DNA of 27,621 nucleotides from Campylobacterota bacterium (GTDB lineage Bacteria; Campylobacterota; Campylobacteria; Campylobacterales; Sulfurovaceae). Numbering within the stretch: the stretch's first letter is position 1; the number at the start of each line of letters is the position of its first letter. A program made the translations under genes and the position numbers. The stretch is taken from assembly GCA_034722955.1 (NCBI GenBank), contig JAYEOM010000034.1:1-27621 (forward strand). Reading direction: 5' to 3'. The notes under the pieces were generated by a model. That model did not search any database and had not been told where the DNA came from. It was given only the letters and a program-made list of their open reading frames with translations. Of the stretch, positions 1 to 8,993 are shown piece by piece.

Positions 1-1792
1 CTACTTCACTGTTGAGTCCAAGTTCACTAGTATACTTAGAGAAAAGAGCCTGCTGGGCTTGGCTCATAGGTGCTACTTCACCATCTACTTGCACTTTTTT
101 AGCTTGAGGTTTAGATGCAGGCTGCTGGGTTTTTCTCTTTTCGTCTGATTTGGATTTTTTGGCCCAAGAGTCTTTGAGGCCTACGATTTTATTGAACACA
201 GGTTTCTCATCCGTGTAGAGTATAGGATCAGCATAAAAATACCCTTGTCTCTCAAACTGAAATCTCTCATCAGGTTTCTGGGTTATCACAGCAGGTTCAA
301 TAAGAGCATCTTGGATAACCCTCAAAGAGTCAAGGTTTATATCTTCTAAGCCTTCAGGGGCTTCATCTTTGAAGAGTCTATCATAAAGCCTTATCTCAAC
401 TCTTTTTGCCTCTGCGGCACTTACCCACTGAATAGCACTTTTTACTTTGATACCACTACTGTCTGAACCACTTTTAGACTCAGGATGATACTGGGCTTTT
501 ATCTCTATGATATTGCCATTGGTATCTTTGACCACCTCCTTGCACGAGATGATATAAGCATGTCTGAGGCGCACAGGTTGCTGGGGTGAAAGACGGTAGT
601 AACCCTTTGGAGGGTTCTCCATAAAATCATCTCGTTCAATATAGATCTCCCTAGAGAAAGGCAGCTTTCGTGAACCCTCTTTGGGTACATCATGCGGGTA
701 GTAAGGAGCATCGATCTCTTCTGAACCCTCATAGTTTTCGATCATTACTTTGAGTGGATCCAGCACACACATAGCACGCGGAACCTTTCTGTTGAGATCA
801 TCTCTGATACAGAACTCAAGCTGTGCAACATCAACTGTTGAATTTGCTTTTGCTATACCTATCTGATCACAAAAATTCAAGATAGATTCCGGCGTATAGC
901 CTCTTCTTTTATATCCGGCAATTGTTGGCATACGAGGGTCATCCCATCCACTAACCTGTCCGCCTTCAACCAGCTCTAAAAGCTTTCTTTTACTCATAAC
1001 TGTATAGTTGATACCCAGTCGTGCAAACTCATGCTGGTAAGGTCGTGACGATGTTAACCCAAGAGTATCAAGTACCCAATCATAAATATCACGGTTGTTT
1101 TCAAACTCTAGTGTACAGATAGAGTGAGTAATCCCTTCAATATAGTCAGAGAGACAGTGAGCAAAATCATACATTGGGTAGATATACCACTCATCTTTTG
1201 CTCTAAAGTGATGAGCATGTCTGATACGATAGAGAAGTGGATCTCTCATTTTCATATTGGCAGCACTCATATCTATCCGTGCCCTCAGTATATGTTCACC
1301 ATCTTTAAACTCACCATTTTTCATTCTCTCAAAAAGATTTAGATTCTCTTCGATCGTGCGATTGGCATATCTGCTGCGTCTCCCTGCCTGTGTAACAGTT
1401 CCACGATATTCGCGTATCTCCTCTTCACTCAGGCTATCTACATACGCCTTGCCCATTTTGATGAGTGTAACTGCATAATCGTATAGTTTAGGGAAATAAT
1501 CAGAAGTAAAGCGTACACTTTTGCCCCAGTCAAATCCAAGCCACTCTACAGCATCTTTGAGAGCCTCAACATACACAGTATCCTCTTTAGTGGGGTCGGT
1601 ATCATCCATTCTAAGGTTACAGTGACCATGATAGTCATCTGCGATACCAAAATTGATACAGATAGATTTAGCGTGTCCAATGTGCGGGAACCCATTAGGC
1701 TCTGGTGGAAATCTGGTGACAACCTCTCTGTACTTGCCTGATTTCAGATCCTCTTCAACTATGGTGCGTAAAAAATCTTTACTCTCTCTCAT
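1..1792 (-). CDS. glnS: Glutamine--tRNA ligase with C-terminal extension (GlnRS/YqeY-type fusion); 3' end lies outside the window
   Basis: Absent from the ORF track (no stop in window). Manual translation from ATG at 1792 gives MRESKDFLRTIVEEDL...TRFPPEPNGFPHIGHAKSICINFG (HIGH motif), YPMYDFAHCLSDYIEGITHSICTLEF, VMSKRKLL (MSKR motif), GWDDPRMPT and FQFERQGYF. The frame stays open past LKDSW into a K/Q/S-rich linker. Confidence 0.96.
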   Translation of the reverse strand, partial: MRESKDFLRTIVEEDLKSGKYREVVTRFPPEPNGFPHIGHAKSICINFGIADDYHGHCNLRMDDTDPTKEDTVYVEALKDAVEWLGFDWGKSVRFTSDYFPKLYDYAVTLIKMGKAYVDSLSEEEIREYRGTVTQAGRRSRYANRTIEENLNLFERMKNGEFKDGEHILRARIDMSAANMKMRDPLLYRIRHAHHFRAKDEWYIYPMYDFAHCLSDYIEGITHSICTLEFENNRDIYDWVLDTLGLTSSRPYQHEFARLGINYTVMSKRKLLELVEGGQVSGWDDPRMPTIAGYKRRGYTPESILNFCDQIGIAKANSTVDVAQLEFCIRDDLNRKVPRAMCVLDPLKVMIENYEGSEEIDAPYYPHDVPKEGSRKLPFSREIYIERDDFMENPPKGYYRLSPQQPVRLRHAYIISCKEVVKDTNGNIIEIKAQYHPESKSGSDSSGIKVKSAIQWVSAAEAKRVEIRLYDRLFKDEAPEGLEDINLDSLRVIQDALIEPAVITQKPDERFQFERQGYFYADPILYTDEKPVFNKIVGLKDSWAKKSKSDEKRKTQQPASKPQAKKVQVDGEVAPMSQAQQALFSKYTSELGLNSEV

Positions 1793-1822
1793 TATAATTA
1801 AACCTTTTTGTTTTTAAATTGT

Positions 1823-1831
1823 ATTTTATCA
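1823..1831 (-). promoter_or_regulatory. Extended -10 promoter element for glnS
   Basis: TGATAAAAT on the minus strand about 30 nt upstream of the glnS ATG. Confidence 0.55.
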
Positions 1832-1904
1832 AATTTAGTTTAGGGCTTCATCGTTTCAAAGTTTATTTTGAGAAACGATCTTTGTTGCATCTGCTCTCTT
1901 GATA

Positions 1905-2708
1905 CTATTTTTTCATATTTTTGATAATCTGATAAGCTTGGTTTATCTCCTGTGTTTTGGCAGTTGCCTCTTCCATATAAGACTCATCTCTATCTTGTGA
2001 TTTTATGATATCGGGATGGTATTTTCGAACAAGGCTTCTATAGGTTTTTTTAATAGTATCCATATCATCACTTTCATTGGCACCTAAAATCCTATAAGCC
2101 TCTCCTAGACTCATCGTCTGCTGCCTGTTTTTCATCATATTTTCAAACTTGCTTAGCATAGCATCATACTCATCAGGAGCAATATTTAACTCATGCACAA
2201 TTTCACGCAAAACCCTATCTTCATCAGAGCAGACCCCACTATCTACAAATGCAAGTTGGATTAAAAATTCTACATATTGTCTACGCTTTATCCTGCTACG
2301 CCCTAGTAGTATATTTAAAGATTGTGCGACCTCTTTGGTATCATCATCTCTCTCTTTCTCTTCATTGAAGATCTCTTTTAGAATACTCCTTGTTTTGTCT
2401 CTCTCTATAAATACTCCAGAGATATCATCAAACATAATAGCGATAAGTTGTGCTTCTAATTCACTGACTCTCCCATCTGCTTTTGCAACTTTTGCAACAA
2501 GTGCAATAAAAAGTCCCAACTCACTCTCTCTAAAGAGCTCTTTAGAACTTGATAACTTATTTAATCTCTTTCTAGCATAAACTTTATATAGTTTAAATGC
2601 TACAAACAGAGAAGCTATTACTGAAAGGGTTATCCATATATTTACAATAAAGATATAATAGAGTAGCACTAAGGTTATTGCTAAATATATCAATTTTTTG
2701 AATTTCAT
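1905..2708 (-). CDS. djlA: DjlA-like co-chaperone (N-terminal TM segments, TerB-like domain, C-terminal J domain)
   Basis: Hydrophobic N-terminus, LVAKVAKADGRVSELE (TerB-like), and a J domain AYRILG...IKKTYRSLVRKYHPD...QEINQAYQII. Start moved to ATG at 2708. Confidence 0.85.
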   Translation of the reverse strand: MKFKKLIYLAITLVLLYYIFIVNIWITLSVIASLFVAFKLYKVYARKRLNKLSSSKELFRESELGLFIALVAKVAKADGRVSELEAQLIAIMFDDISGVFIERDKTRSILKEIFNEEKERDDDTKEVAQSLNILLGRSRIKRRQYVEFLIQLAFVDSGVCSDEDRVLREIVHELNIAPDEYDAMLSKFENMMKNRQQTMSLGEAYRILGANESDDMDTIKKTYRSLVRKYHPDIIKSQDRDESYMEEATAKTQEINQAYQIIKNMKK

Positions 2709-2740
2709 CACTTTTTGTCCATTTATAATAAATTTTATCA

Positions 2741-2749
2741 ATTTTAGCA
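2741..2749 (-). promoter_or_regulatory. Extended -10 element for the djlA-like gene
   Basis: TGCTAAAAT on the minus strand about 33 nt upstream of ATG 2708. Confidence 0.5.
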
Positions 2750-2778
2750 CATTTTACTATAAATTAATATTTATAGTA

Positions 2779-2787
2779 TGCTATACT
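2779..2787 (+). promoter_or_regulatory. Extended -10 element for the tetR-efflux operon
   Basis: TGCTATACT followed by an operator palindrome, AAGGA RBS and ATG 2821. Confidence 0.65.
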
Positions 2788-2791
2788 TTCA

Positions 2792-2810
2792 TTGACCGAC
2801 AGTCAGTCAA
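2792..2810. promoter_or_regulatory. Putative TetR operator (19-bp inverted repeat)
   Basis: TTGACCGAC-A-GTCAGTCAA, 8 of 9 bp symmetric, overlapping the predicted transcription start of the tetR gene. Confidence 0.75.
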
Positions 2811-2820
2811 AAGGAATTTT

Positions 2821-3411
2821 ATGGCGATCATAGTGAATAAAGAGGAGAAGAGGAGAGCCATAGCACTCTCCTGTAGTGAGCTGCTTCTCGAGCATGGTAT
2901 CAGTGATCTGACTATTTCTCAGATAGCCAAAACTGCTGGTGTAGGAAAGGGTACGATCTATGAATATTTTGAGAACAAAGAGGATATTGTTTTTGAAATT
3001 ATCACAACCTATATGATGGAGTATGAGGTCAAACTCTTTGATGTTATCAGTGAAAATCAGACGACCAAGGAGAGAGTTTATCTCTTTCTGTCTCTGCTTT
3101 TTAATGATGAAAATGCCAAGCAGTTAAATTTGTATAGAGAGTTTCTGGCAATTGCATTGACCAATGGTACAGAGGAGATGGTAGCATTCAGTGCTGCATG
3201 CAAGATTCGATTTTCCTCTATTTTGGATCAAATTATCGAAGAGGCTGTGACTCAGGGGGAGATCAGAGTAGAGGCAGTCAAGCTGATCAATATGATACTT
3301 ATTTTTGAGAAAGGTGTTGTAGTTGACAGTAAAGTTTCTGCTATCGATGCCAAAAAAGAGATCAGGGAATTTCTTGATACTCTGTTTGAATTGATAGAAG
3401 TAGAGGAGTAG
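2821..3411 (+). CDS. TetR/AcrR family transcriptional regulator
   Basis: HTH signature LTISQIAKTAGVGKGTIYEYFENKEDI. Start ATG at 2821 behind AAGGA. Confidence 0.93.
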   Translation: MAIIVNKEEKRRAIALSCSELLLEHGISDLTISQIAKTAGVGKGTIYEYFENKEDIVFEIITTYMMEYEVKLFDVISENQTTKERVYLFLSLLFNDENAKQLNLYREFLAIALTNGTEEMVAFSAACKIRFSSILDQIIEEAVTQGEIRVEAVKLINMILIFEKGVVVDSKVSAIDAKKEIREFLDTLFELIEVEE

Positions 3412-3415
3412 AGTA

Positions 3416-4663
3416 GTGAAAATCATAATATTTTTGATCATGCCACTCTTTGTTTTTTCAAAGAGTTATGGGTTGAGGGATTTTATTGATCATGCCAATG
3501 GACACAATGATTTGATAAAGTCAACTGTGTTGAAAACCAGTGCAAAACAGAAGGAGATAGATGCACAAAAGAGTGCCTATTGGCCGACACTAGATATAGG
3601 AGTGAGTTACAACAACAACAATCCAAACAGTGTTGTGATGCCCGGAGAGACTATGACGGGATATCTCTCATTGGGTATGGATCTATATGATGGTGGACGA
3701 AAAAGTGCTTTGGTCAAAGCAAAAGTGTTCCAACATCAAGCTTCCATCTTTGAGAAGCAGGCTTTTGAAAAGAGTCTGATACTCGATATCATCAACAACT
3801 ACTACTCTATCAAAACATTCAGATCAAACCTCTATTCACTTCAAGTATCATCTAGAGAGTTGAAGGCACAGATCGACCGTATCAAACGGTTTGAGATGGT
3901 AGGGATGGCGACACAAGAGGAGGTAGATAAACTGCAAGCTGTATTTGATGATAATAATTTTCTGATAGAGAATACCAAGCTTGCTATACTCACTAGTGAG
4001 GAGAAGTTGTGGCTCAACAGTGGTATTGAGACAAAAAAACTAAAAGAGAGTCGCTTGACTGAACCTAGAGGTGTGCAGTTTGAAGCTTATGAAAAAACAA
4101 AAATACTCAATAGCAATGCAGCAGCACTAAGTGAGCAGGGCAATGCTATCGATTCGGGCTATCTTCCTCAGATAAGAGTGGAGAATACTTATGTCAAATC
4201 TGACTACAACAGAGTAGATACTATACCCGGATTTGGTGGTGATGGTTTTTTGATCGATGAACAAAATAGGCTTACAGTCTCTGCAAATATGCGTATCTTT
4301 GACAATGGTCGGATGCGTAAAGAGCGTGAAGCGGTACAGTATCAGAAGATGTCACTAGATGCCCAGAGTCGCCATAGTGAGCTTGAGCAGAGGATGAATT
4401 TCAAAGTTGCAGGCAGTCGTCTCAAAACCATCCGTGCCAAGCTCAAAAGTGCCAAAAGTGGACTGCGTGCTGCACGAAGTACCTATGCATCTATCGTCAA
4501 GAAGTTCGAGACAGGGATAGTGGATAACATCTCCTATCTTGATGCTCTCAAAAAGCAGACGATGTCAGAAGCACTCTACAGAGCGACACAATATGACTAT
4601 GAGATAGCCAAGTCTATCTACTATTTTTATGCAGGTAAAAACCCAAAGGATTATATACGATGA
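3416..4663 (+). CDS. TolC-family outer membrane efflux channel (HefA/CmeD-like)
   Basis: Signal peptide and two OEP-type repeats (KSAYWPTLDIG..LYDGG; SGYLPQIRV..IFDNG; KFETGIVD), first gene after tetR. Confidence 0.9.
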   Translation: MKIIIFLIMPLFVFSKSYGLRDFIDHANGHNDLIKSTVLKTSAKQKEIDAQKSAYWPTLDIGVSYNNNNPNSVVMPGETMTGYLSLGMDLYDGGRKSALVKAKVFQHQASIFEKQAFEKSLILDIINNYYSIKTFRSNLYSLQVSSRELKAQIDRIKRFEMVGMATQEEVDKLQAVFDDNNFLIENTKLAILTSEEKLWLNSGIETKKLKESRLTEPRGVQFEAYEKTKILNSNAAALSEQGNAIDSGYLPQIRVENTYVKSDYNRVDTIPGFGGDGFLIDEQNRLTVSANMRIFDNGRMRKEREAVQYQKMSLDAQSRHSELEQRMNFKVAGSRLKTIRAKLKSAKSGLRAARSTYASIVKKFETGIVDNISYLDALKKQTMSEALYRATQYDYEIAKSIYYFYAGKNPKDYIR

Positions 4664-5457
4664 GACTATTTGAGACAAAAATCATCCCAAGAAGCTTGAG
4701 AGCAGCTCTACTTGTCTGTATGGCAAGTACACTTTATGCAGAAAATATCTATACAACTTTCACTATACAATCAGATAGAAGTGCCAACCTTGCATTTACT
4801 ATGACTGGTATCGTTCAGAGTGTTGAAGTTGAGGTGGCTGATCCTATCAAAAAGGGAGAGAAGTTAGCAGAACTTGAAAACAGTGATCTCAGGAGTGCTC
4901 TTGCGGTTGCCGAAGCAAATCTCAACAGTACCAAGGTTGCATTGAAGTTTGCCAAGCGAGCGTATGATAGGGAGAGCAAAGTCAAAAAACTGATCTCCGA
5001 GACGCAGCATGATCAAGTGATCCTAGCGTATGAGAGTGCAAAAACCAAAATCGCCTTGATGGAGGCAAATAGAGCTTATCAGCAGGCACTGCTCGACAAA
5101 ACTATACTCTATGCTCCCTTTGATGGTGTGATCTACAGCAAAGAGATAGAGGTAGGAGATGCCGTCAGCGGTGCTATGATCCGTACAGTATTCAGAGTGC
5201 ATGATATTGGCAAGGTGAAGCTGGTACTGGAGGTCGATCAGAAGTATTGGAAGCTGCTCAAAGTGGGACAGACCTTTAGATATCAAGTAGACGGTGATGA
5301 GACAAAGTATGAAGGAGAGATATCCAAGATATACCCATACGCAGATAGTTCCAACAGAAAGATAAAAGCGGAAGTGGAAGCTAAAGGTTTTATCGTTGGA
5401 TTGTTTGGCTCTGGGCATATAGTGATCCCTGATACAGATAGACCTCTCGATAAGTAG
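4660..5457 (+). CDS. RND efflux periplasmic adaptor (HefB/CmeE-like)
   Basis: Lipoyl-like halves GIVQSVEVEVADPIKKGEKLAEL and ILYAPFDGVI around a helical hairpin; ATGA overlap with the tolC stop. Confidence 0.9.
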   Translation: MRLFETKIIPRSLRAALLVCMASTLYAENIYTTFTIQSDRSANLAFTMTGIVQSVEVEVADPIKKGEKLAELENSDLRSALAVAEANLNSTKVALKFAKRAYDRESKVKKLISETQHDQVILAYESAKTKIALMEANRAYQQALLDKTILYAPFDGVIYSKEIEVGDAVSGAMIRTVFRVHDIGKVKLVLEVDQKYWKLLKVGQTFRYQVDGDETKYEGEISKIYPYADSSNRKIKAEVEAKGFIVGLFGSGHIVIPDTDRPLDK

Positions 5458-5463
5458 GTTACT

Positions 5464-8400
5464 ATGTATAGATTAGCGATCAACAGACCCATAACGACAC
5501 TGATGTATGTAATGATACTGGTGATATTTGGTCAGATGAGTTTCAAATCAATGCCCTCCGCCCTCTTCCCAAATATAGACTTACCTATGGTGACTGTGCA
5601 GACCATCTACCCAGGTGCAGAAGCGAGTACGATTGAGTCACAAGTGACCGACAAGATAGAAGAGGCGATCTCCCGTATCGGTGGAGTGGACAAGATCATC
5701 TCTACTAGCAGTGAAGGTGTCAGCGTTATTATGGTGCAGTTCTTCCTAGAGAGGGATATCAACGAAGCGACCAATGATGTACGAGATAAAGTTGCAGCTG
5801 TTATTTTGCCTCGCGATGCCAAGACACCATTGGTTAGCAAGCTCGATATCGGTGGGGCTTCTGTCATCAATATCTTTCTGACTGCCAAAAACGATAGTGT
5901 CAAAAACCTCATGATATTTGCCGATGAGAAGGTGAAGCCAAAACTACAAAAGATCAATGGTGTGGGTGCTATCAAGATCATAGGATACAAAGATAGAGAG
6001 ATCAAAATCTATCCCGATCCGAACTTGCTCAATAAATTTGGCATCACCGTCACACAGCTCAATCAAATAGTAGCCCGTGAAAATGTCAAAATCGGAGGCG
6101 GCAAACTGATCTCTACCACCAAAGAGTTTACCCTCAAGACAAAAGCTGATGCCCTCTCTCTAAGTGAGCTTGAGAACATCATCATCAAAGACAATATCAA
6201 GCTCAAGGATATAGCTACAGTAGAAGATAGCCTGAGTGATGCCAAAAGCTATGCCTCTTATGATGGAGTAGAGGGGGTCATGCTCGAAGTACAAAAGATC
6301 TCAGGAACCAATACTATCGATATAGTCCAGAGAGTAAAAGATGCCGTACCAGAGCTAAAGAAGCTAGCGGGAGATAGATATGATGTAAAGGTTCTAAATG
6401 ATACATCACCATTCATCATCAGCTCGCTAGAACAGGTAAAATTTGACCTTATATATGGCTCATTTTTAGCGGTGATTATTATCTTTCTCTTTTTGCGGAA
6501 TATGACTATCACTCTGGTCTCCGCCCTCTCTATTCCAGTCTCAATCTTTGGTACATTTGCCCTGATGGACTATATGGGTTTTGAGCTTAATAAGATGACG
6601 CTGATAGGACTCACTCTCTCTATAGGGATCATCATCGATGATGCTATAGTGGTGATCGAAAATATCTACAAAAAGATGGAAGAGGGTATGGGCAAATTTG
6701 AAGCAGCCGTAGAGGGAACTAGAGAGATGGCATTTGCGATACTGGCTATCTCCGCGATGCTCTTGGCAGTCTTTATTCCTGTCTCTTTTATGAGTGGTAT
6801 CGTCGGTAAATTTTTTGAGAGTTTTGCTATGACAGTTGGATTTGCCGTTATTATCTCATATACTATAGCATTGAGTTTTATACCAAGCTTGAGTGCAAGA
6901 GTTCTGCATAAGGGAGAGAGCAGATTTTACAGTTTAACTGAGCCACTATTTCGAGGTTTGGAAAAGATTTATGATATGACTCTGAAATTTGTATTACGAT
7001 TTAAAATCACTACTTTGATACTGGTCTTTGTCACCTTTTTTGCCTCACTGAGTCTATTTCCGAAGATAGGTATGGACTTTATACCCAAAGAGGACAAAGC
7101 AGAGTTTGAGATACATATCAAAGCCGATGCCTCTCTCTCCCTGCAGGAGATGATCAAAAAATCAAAAGCTGTCGAGGAGATGGTGCAAAAAAACAGAAAT
7201 GTCCTATATACTACTCTGAGCGTAGGCTACAACACTGCTCATGAGAAGCATAAATCTATGATCTATGTCAAACTAACTGATAGAGGAGATAGAGAGATCA
7301 ACCAAGAGCAGATTGTTCAAAACTTCAGAGGTGAGCTGGAGCCATTCAAGAGAGATCTATTCATCACTGCTGCTGCTATACCAAATATCAAGGGGGCGGG
7401 GGTATCGGTGCCATATCAAATCGTTCTAAAATCTGACTCATTTGAAGATCTGAAAGTTGCGACCAAAAACTTGACCGGTTATCTAGAAAAGAAAAAAGGT
7501 TTTGTGGATATCGATACCAACCTAGATGATGGTAAACCTCAGATAGATATCACTATATTGAGAAGTAGTGCCAATAGACTTGGTATCTCAGCATCACAGA
7601 TAGCAAGTGCCATCTCAACAGCATTTTCTAGTGATCTGGAGATATCCTATTTTGAAGAGAAGGGTAAGCAGTACAGTATCACGCTGAGATTCCCCGATAG
7701 AGATAGAGTCTCTATCGATGATATCAAAAAGGTACAGCTCAGAGCAGGAGATGGCAAACTGGTCTATCTCGATGGTTTAGTCAAGTTTTCGCATAGCCGA
7801 GCATTGGCGACCATAAATCACTTCGATAGAGAGAGGCAAGTAACTGTTTTTGCCGATCTCTTTGGGCTTGATCTGGGTGGATCTGTAGCGTATACACGAG
7901 AGGGTATCGATGAACTACTTCCTGCTGGTGTGGATTATAGATTTACAGGTTTTGCAGAGGAGATGGAGAAGACAGGCAAAGCCTTTGGTGCTGCATTGGG
8001 ACTCTCTGTGATTTTGATGTTTATCATATTGGCTATTTTGTACGAGTCTCTTATCCAGCCTATTATCATCATGGTGGCACTGCCTCTGAGTATCATCGGT
8101 GTGATGCTGGCACTCTATCTGAGTGGATTGCAGTTTAGTCTATTTGTGATGATCGGATTTATGCTCTTGATGGGCATGGTGGGGAAAAATGCCGTTCTGC
8201 TAGTAGACTTCGCCAATGGAGCTATGGATAGAGGCAAAAGTGCTGATGAAGCCCTGATCGAAGCGGGAGAGAAGAGGCTCAGACCTATTTTGATGACTAC
8301 TGTTGCTATGATATTTGCTATGTTACCACTCGCCTTTGGTACAGGGTTAGGCAGTGAAACCAATGCACCTATGGCTATCTCGATCATCGGAGGGCTTCTA

Positions 8401-8508
8401 AGCTCTATGGTTTTGACACTGCTTGTAGTTCCAGTGATCTATAGGATGATCTATCCGATAGATCACTGGATGCGAAAGTGGTATGAGGGGAAGATAGAGG
8501 AGAGGTGA
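5464..8508 (+). CDS. RND efflux permease (HefC/CmeF-like, AcrB superfamily)
   Basis: 1014 aa; AINRPITT start, GIIIDDAIVVIENI (proton-relay Asp pair), GKNAVLLVD and RLRPILMT. Confidence 0.95.
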   Translation: MYRLAINRPITTLMYVMILVIFGQMSFKSMPSALFPNIDLPMVTVQTIYPGAEASTIESQVTDKIEEAISRIGGVDKIISTSSEGVSVIMVQFFLERDINEATNDVRDKVAAVILPRDAKTPLVSKLDIGGASVINIFLTAKNDSVKNLMIFADEKVKPKLQKINGVGAIKIIGYKDREIKIYPDPNLLNKFGITVTQLNQIVARENVKIGGGKLISTTKEFTLKTKADALSLSELENIIIKDNIKLKDIATVEDSLSDAKSYASYDGVEGVMLEVQKISGTNTIDIVQRVKDAVPELKKLAGDRYDVKVLNDTSPFIISSLEQVKFDLIYGSFLAVIIIFLFLRNMTITLVSALSIPVSIFGTFALMDYMGFELNKMTLIGLTLSIGIIIDDAIVVIENIYKKMEEGMGKFEAAVEGTREMAFAILAISAMLLAVFIPVSFMSGIVGKFFESFAMTVGFAVIISYTIALSFIPSLSARVLHKGESRFYSLTEPLFRGLEKIYDMTLKFVLRFKITTLILVFVTFFASLSLFPKIGMDFIPKEDKAEFEIHIKADASLSLQEMIKKSKAVEEMVQKNRNVLYTTLSVGYNTAHEKHKSMIYVKLTDRGDREINQEQIVQNFRGELEPFKRDLFITAAAIPNIKGAGVSVPYQIVLKSDSFEDLKVATKNLTGYLEKKKGFVDIDTNLDDGKPQIDITILRSSANRLGISASQIASAISTAFSSDLEISYFEEKGKQYSITLRFPDRDRVSIDDIKKVQLRAGDGKLVYLDGLVKFSHSRALATINHFDRERQVTVFADLFGLDLGGSVAYTREGIDELLPAGVDYRFTGFAEEMEKTGKAFGAALGLSVILMFIILAILYESLIQPIIIMVALPLSIIGVMLALYLSGLQFSLFVMIGFMLLMGMVGKNAVLLVDFANGAMDRGKSADEALIEAGEKRLRPILMTTVAMIFAMLPLAFGTGLGSETNAPMAISIIGGLLSSMVLTLLVVPVIYRMIYPIDHWMRKWYEGKIEER

Positions 8509-8551
8509 TAGAGAGGTGTGAAAAACCTCCCCAACTCTCAGGATCTTCTCT

Positions 8552-8914
8552 CTATTGAGATATCCACTCCTTGGCATCTGAAAATTCACTATCTTCAAAG
8601 GCACGAACTTCTCCAGGTATGCCAAATCCAAAGATCTTGACACCTGAACGAACCCATTTGGTATCTGTAACGACTGCTATCTTCTCCCAGGATGTCAAGT
8701 GTGACATTCCAACTTTTGCATCATCCCATACAGCTTCCAAATCATACCCTGTAAAATCAGAGCCGAGATGATAGAGTAGTCGGATCTTAGGAAACTCTTC
8801 CAACTTTGCCTCTACTGCCGGGATCAAAACTGTCTCATAATCTTCGCCAGTAATAGTCCCACTTCCTTCAAACCCCAAAACATTGTCTGGCAAATCCGGT
8901 ATAATCGTAATCAT
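8552..8914 (-). CDS. STAS/SEC14 (SpoIIAA-like) domain protein
   Basis: GTITGEDYETVLIP...AVWDDAKVG...WEKIAVVTDTKW...F..SEFSDAKEWI pattern; AGGAGG RBS. Confidence 0.85.
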   Translation of the reverse strand: MITIIPDLPDNVLGFEGSGTITGEDYETVLIPAVEAKLEEFPKIRLLYHLGSDFTGYDLEAVWDDAKVGMSHLTSWEKIAVVTDTKWVRSGVKIFGFGIPGEVRAFEDSEFSDAKEWISQ

Positions 8915-8932
8915 GATATCCTCCTAACTATT

Positions 8933-8970
8933 GGATATAGGGTTGTCTAGGTACCCTATACCCTATTATA
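8933..8970 (-). promoter_or_regulatory. -10 box and 5' hairpin upstream of the STAS gene
   Basis: TATAAT on minus at 8965-8970; inverted repeat TATAGGGT (8936-8943) / ACCCTATA (8953-8960). Confidence 0.4.
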
Positions 8971-8993
8971 GCTAACTGAATCTTTAGACTATT

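Noticed and set aside
505..1478. Short ORFs 505-732, 1124-1342 and 1257-1478; possible glnS frameshift
   Set aside because: They are alternate-frame or antisense shadows. The glnS frame is the same at 1792, 733 and the window edge.
2698..2820. Longer N-termini given for tetR (2698) and djlA (2750)
   Set aside because: They overlap each other and the promoter/operator region; downstream ATGs fit better.
3416..8508. Efflux operon as the exporter of the S-layer-like protein
   Set aside because: The inner-membrane component is an RND antiporter, not a T1SS ABC transporter.
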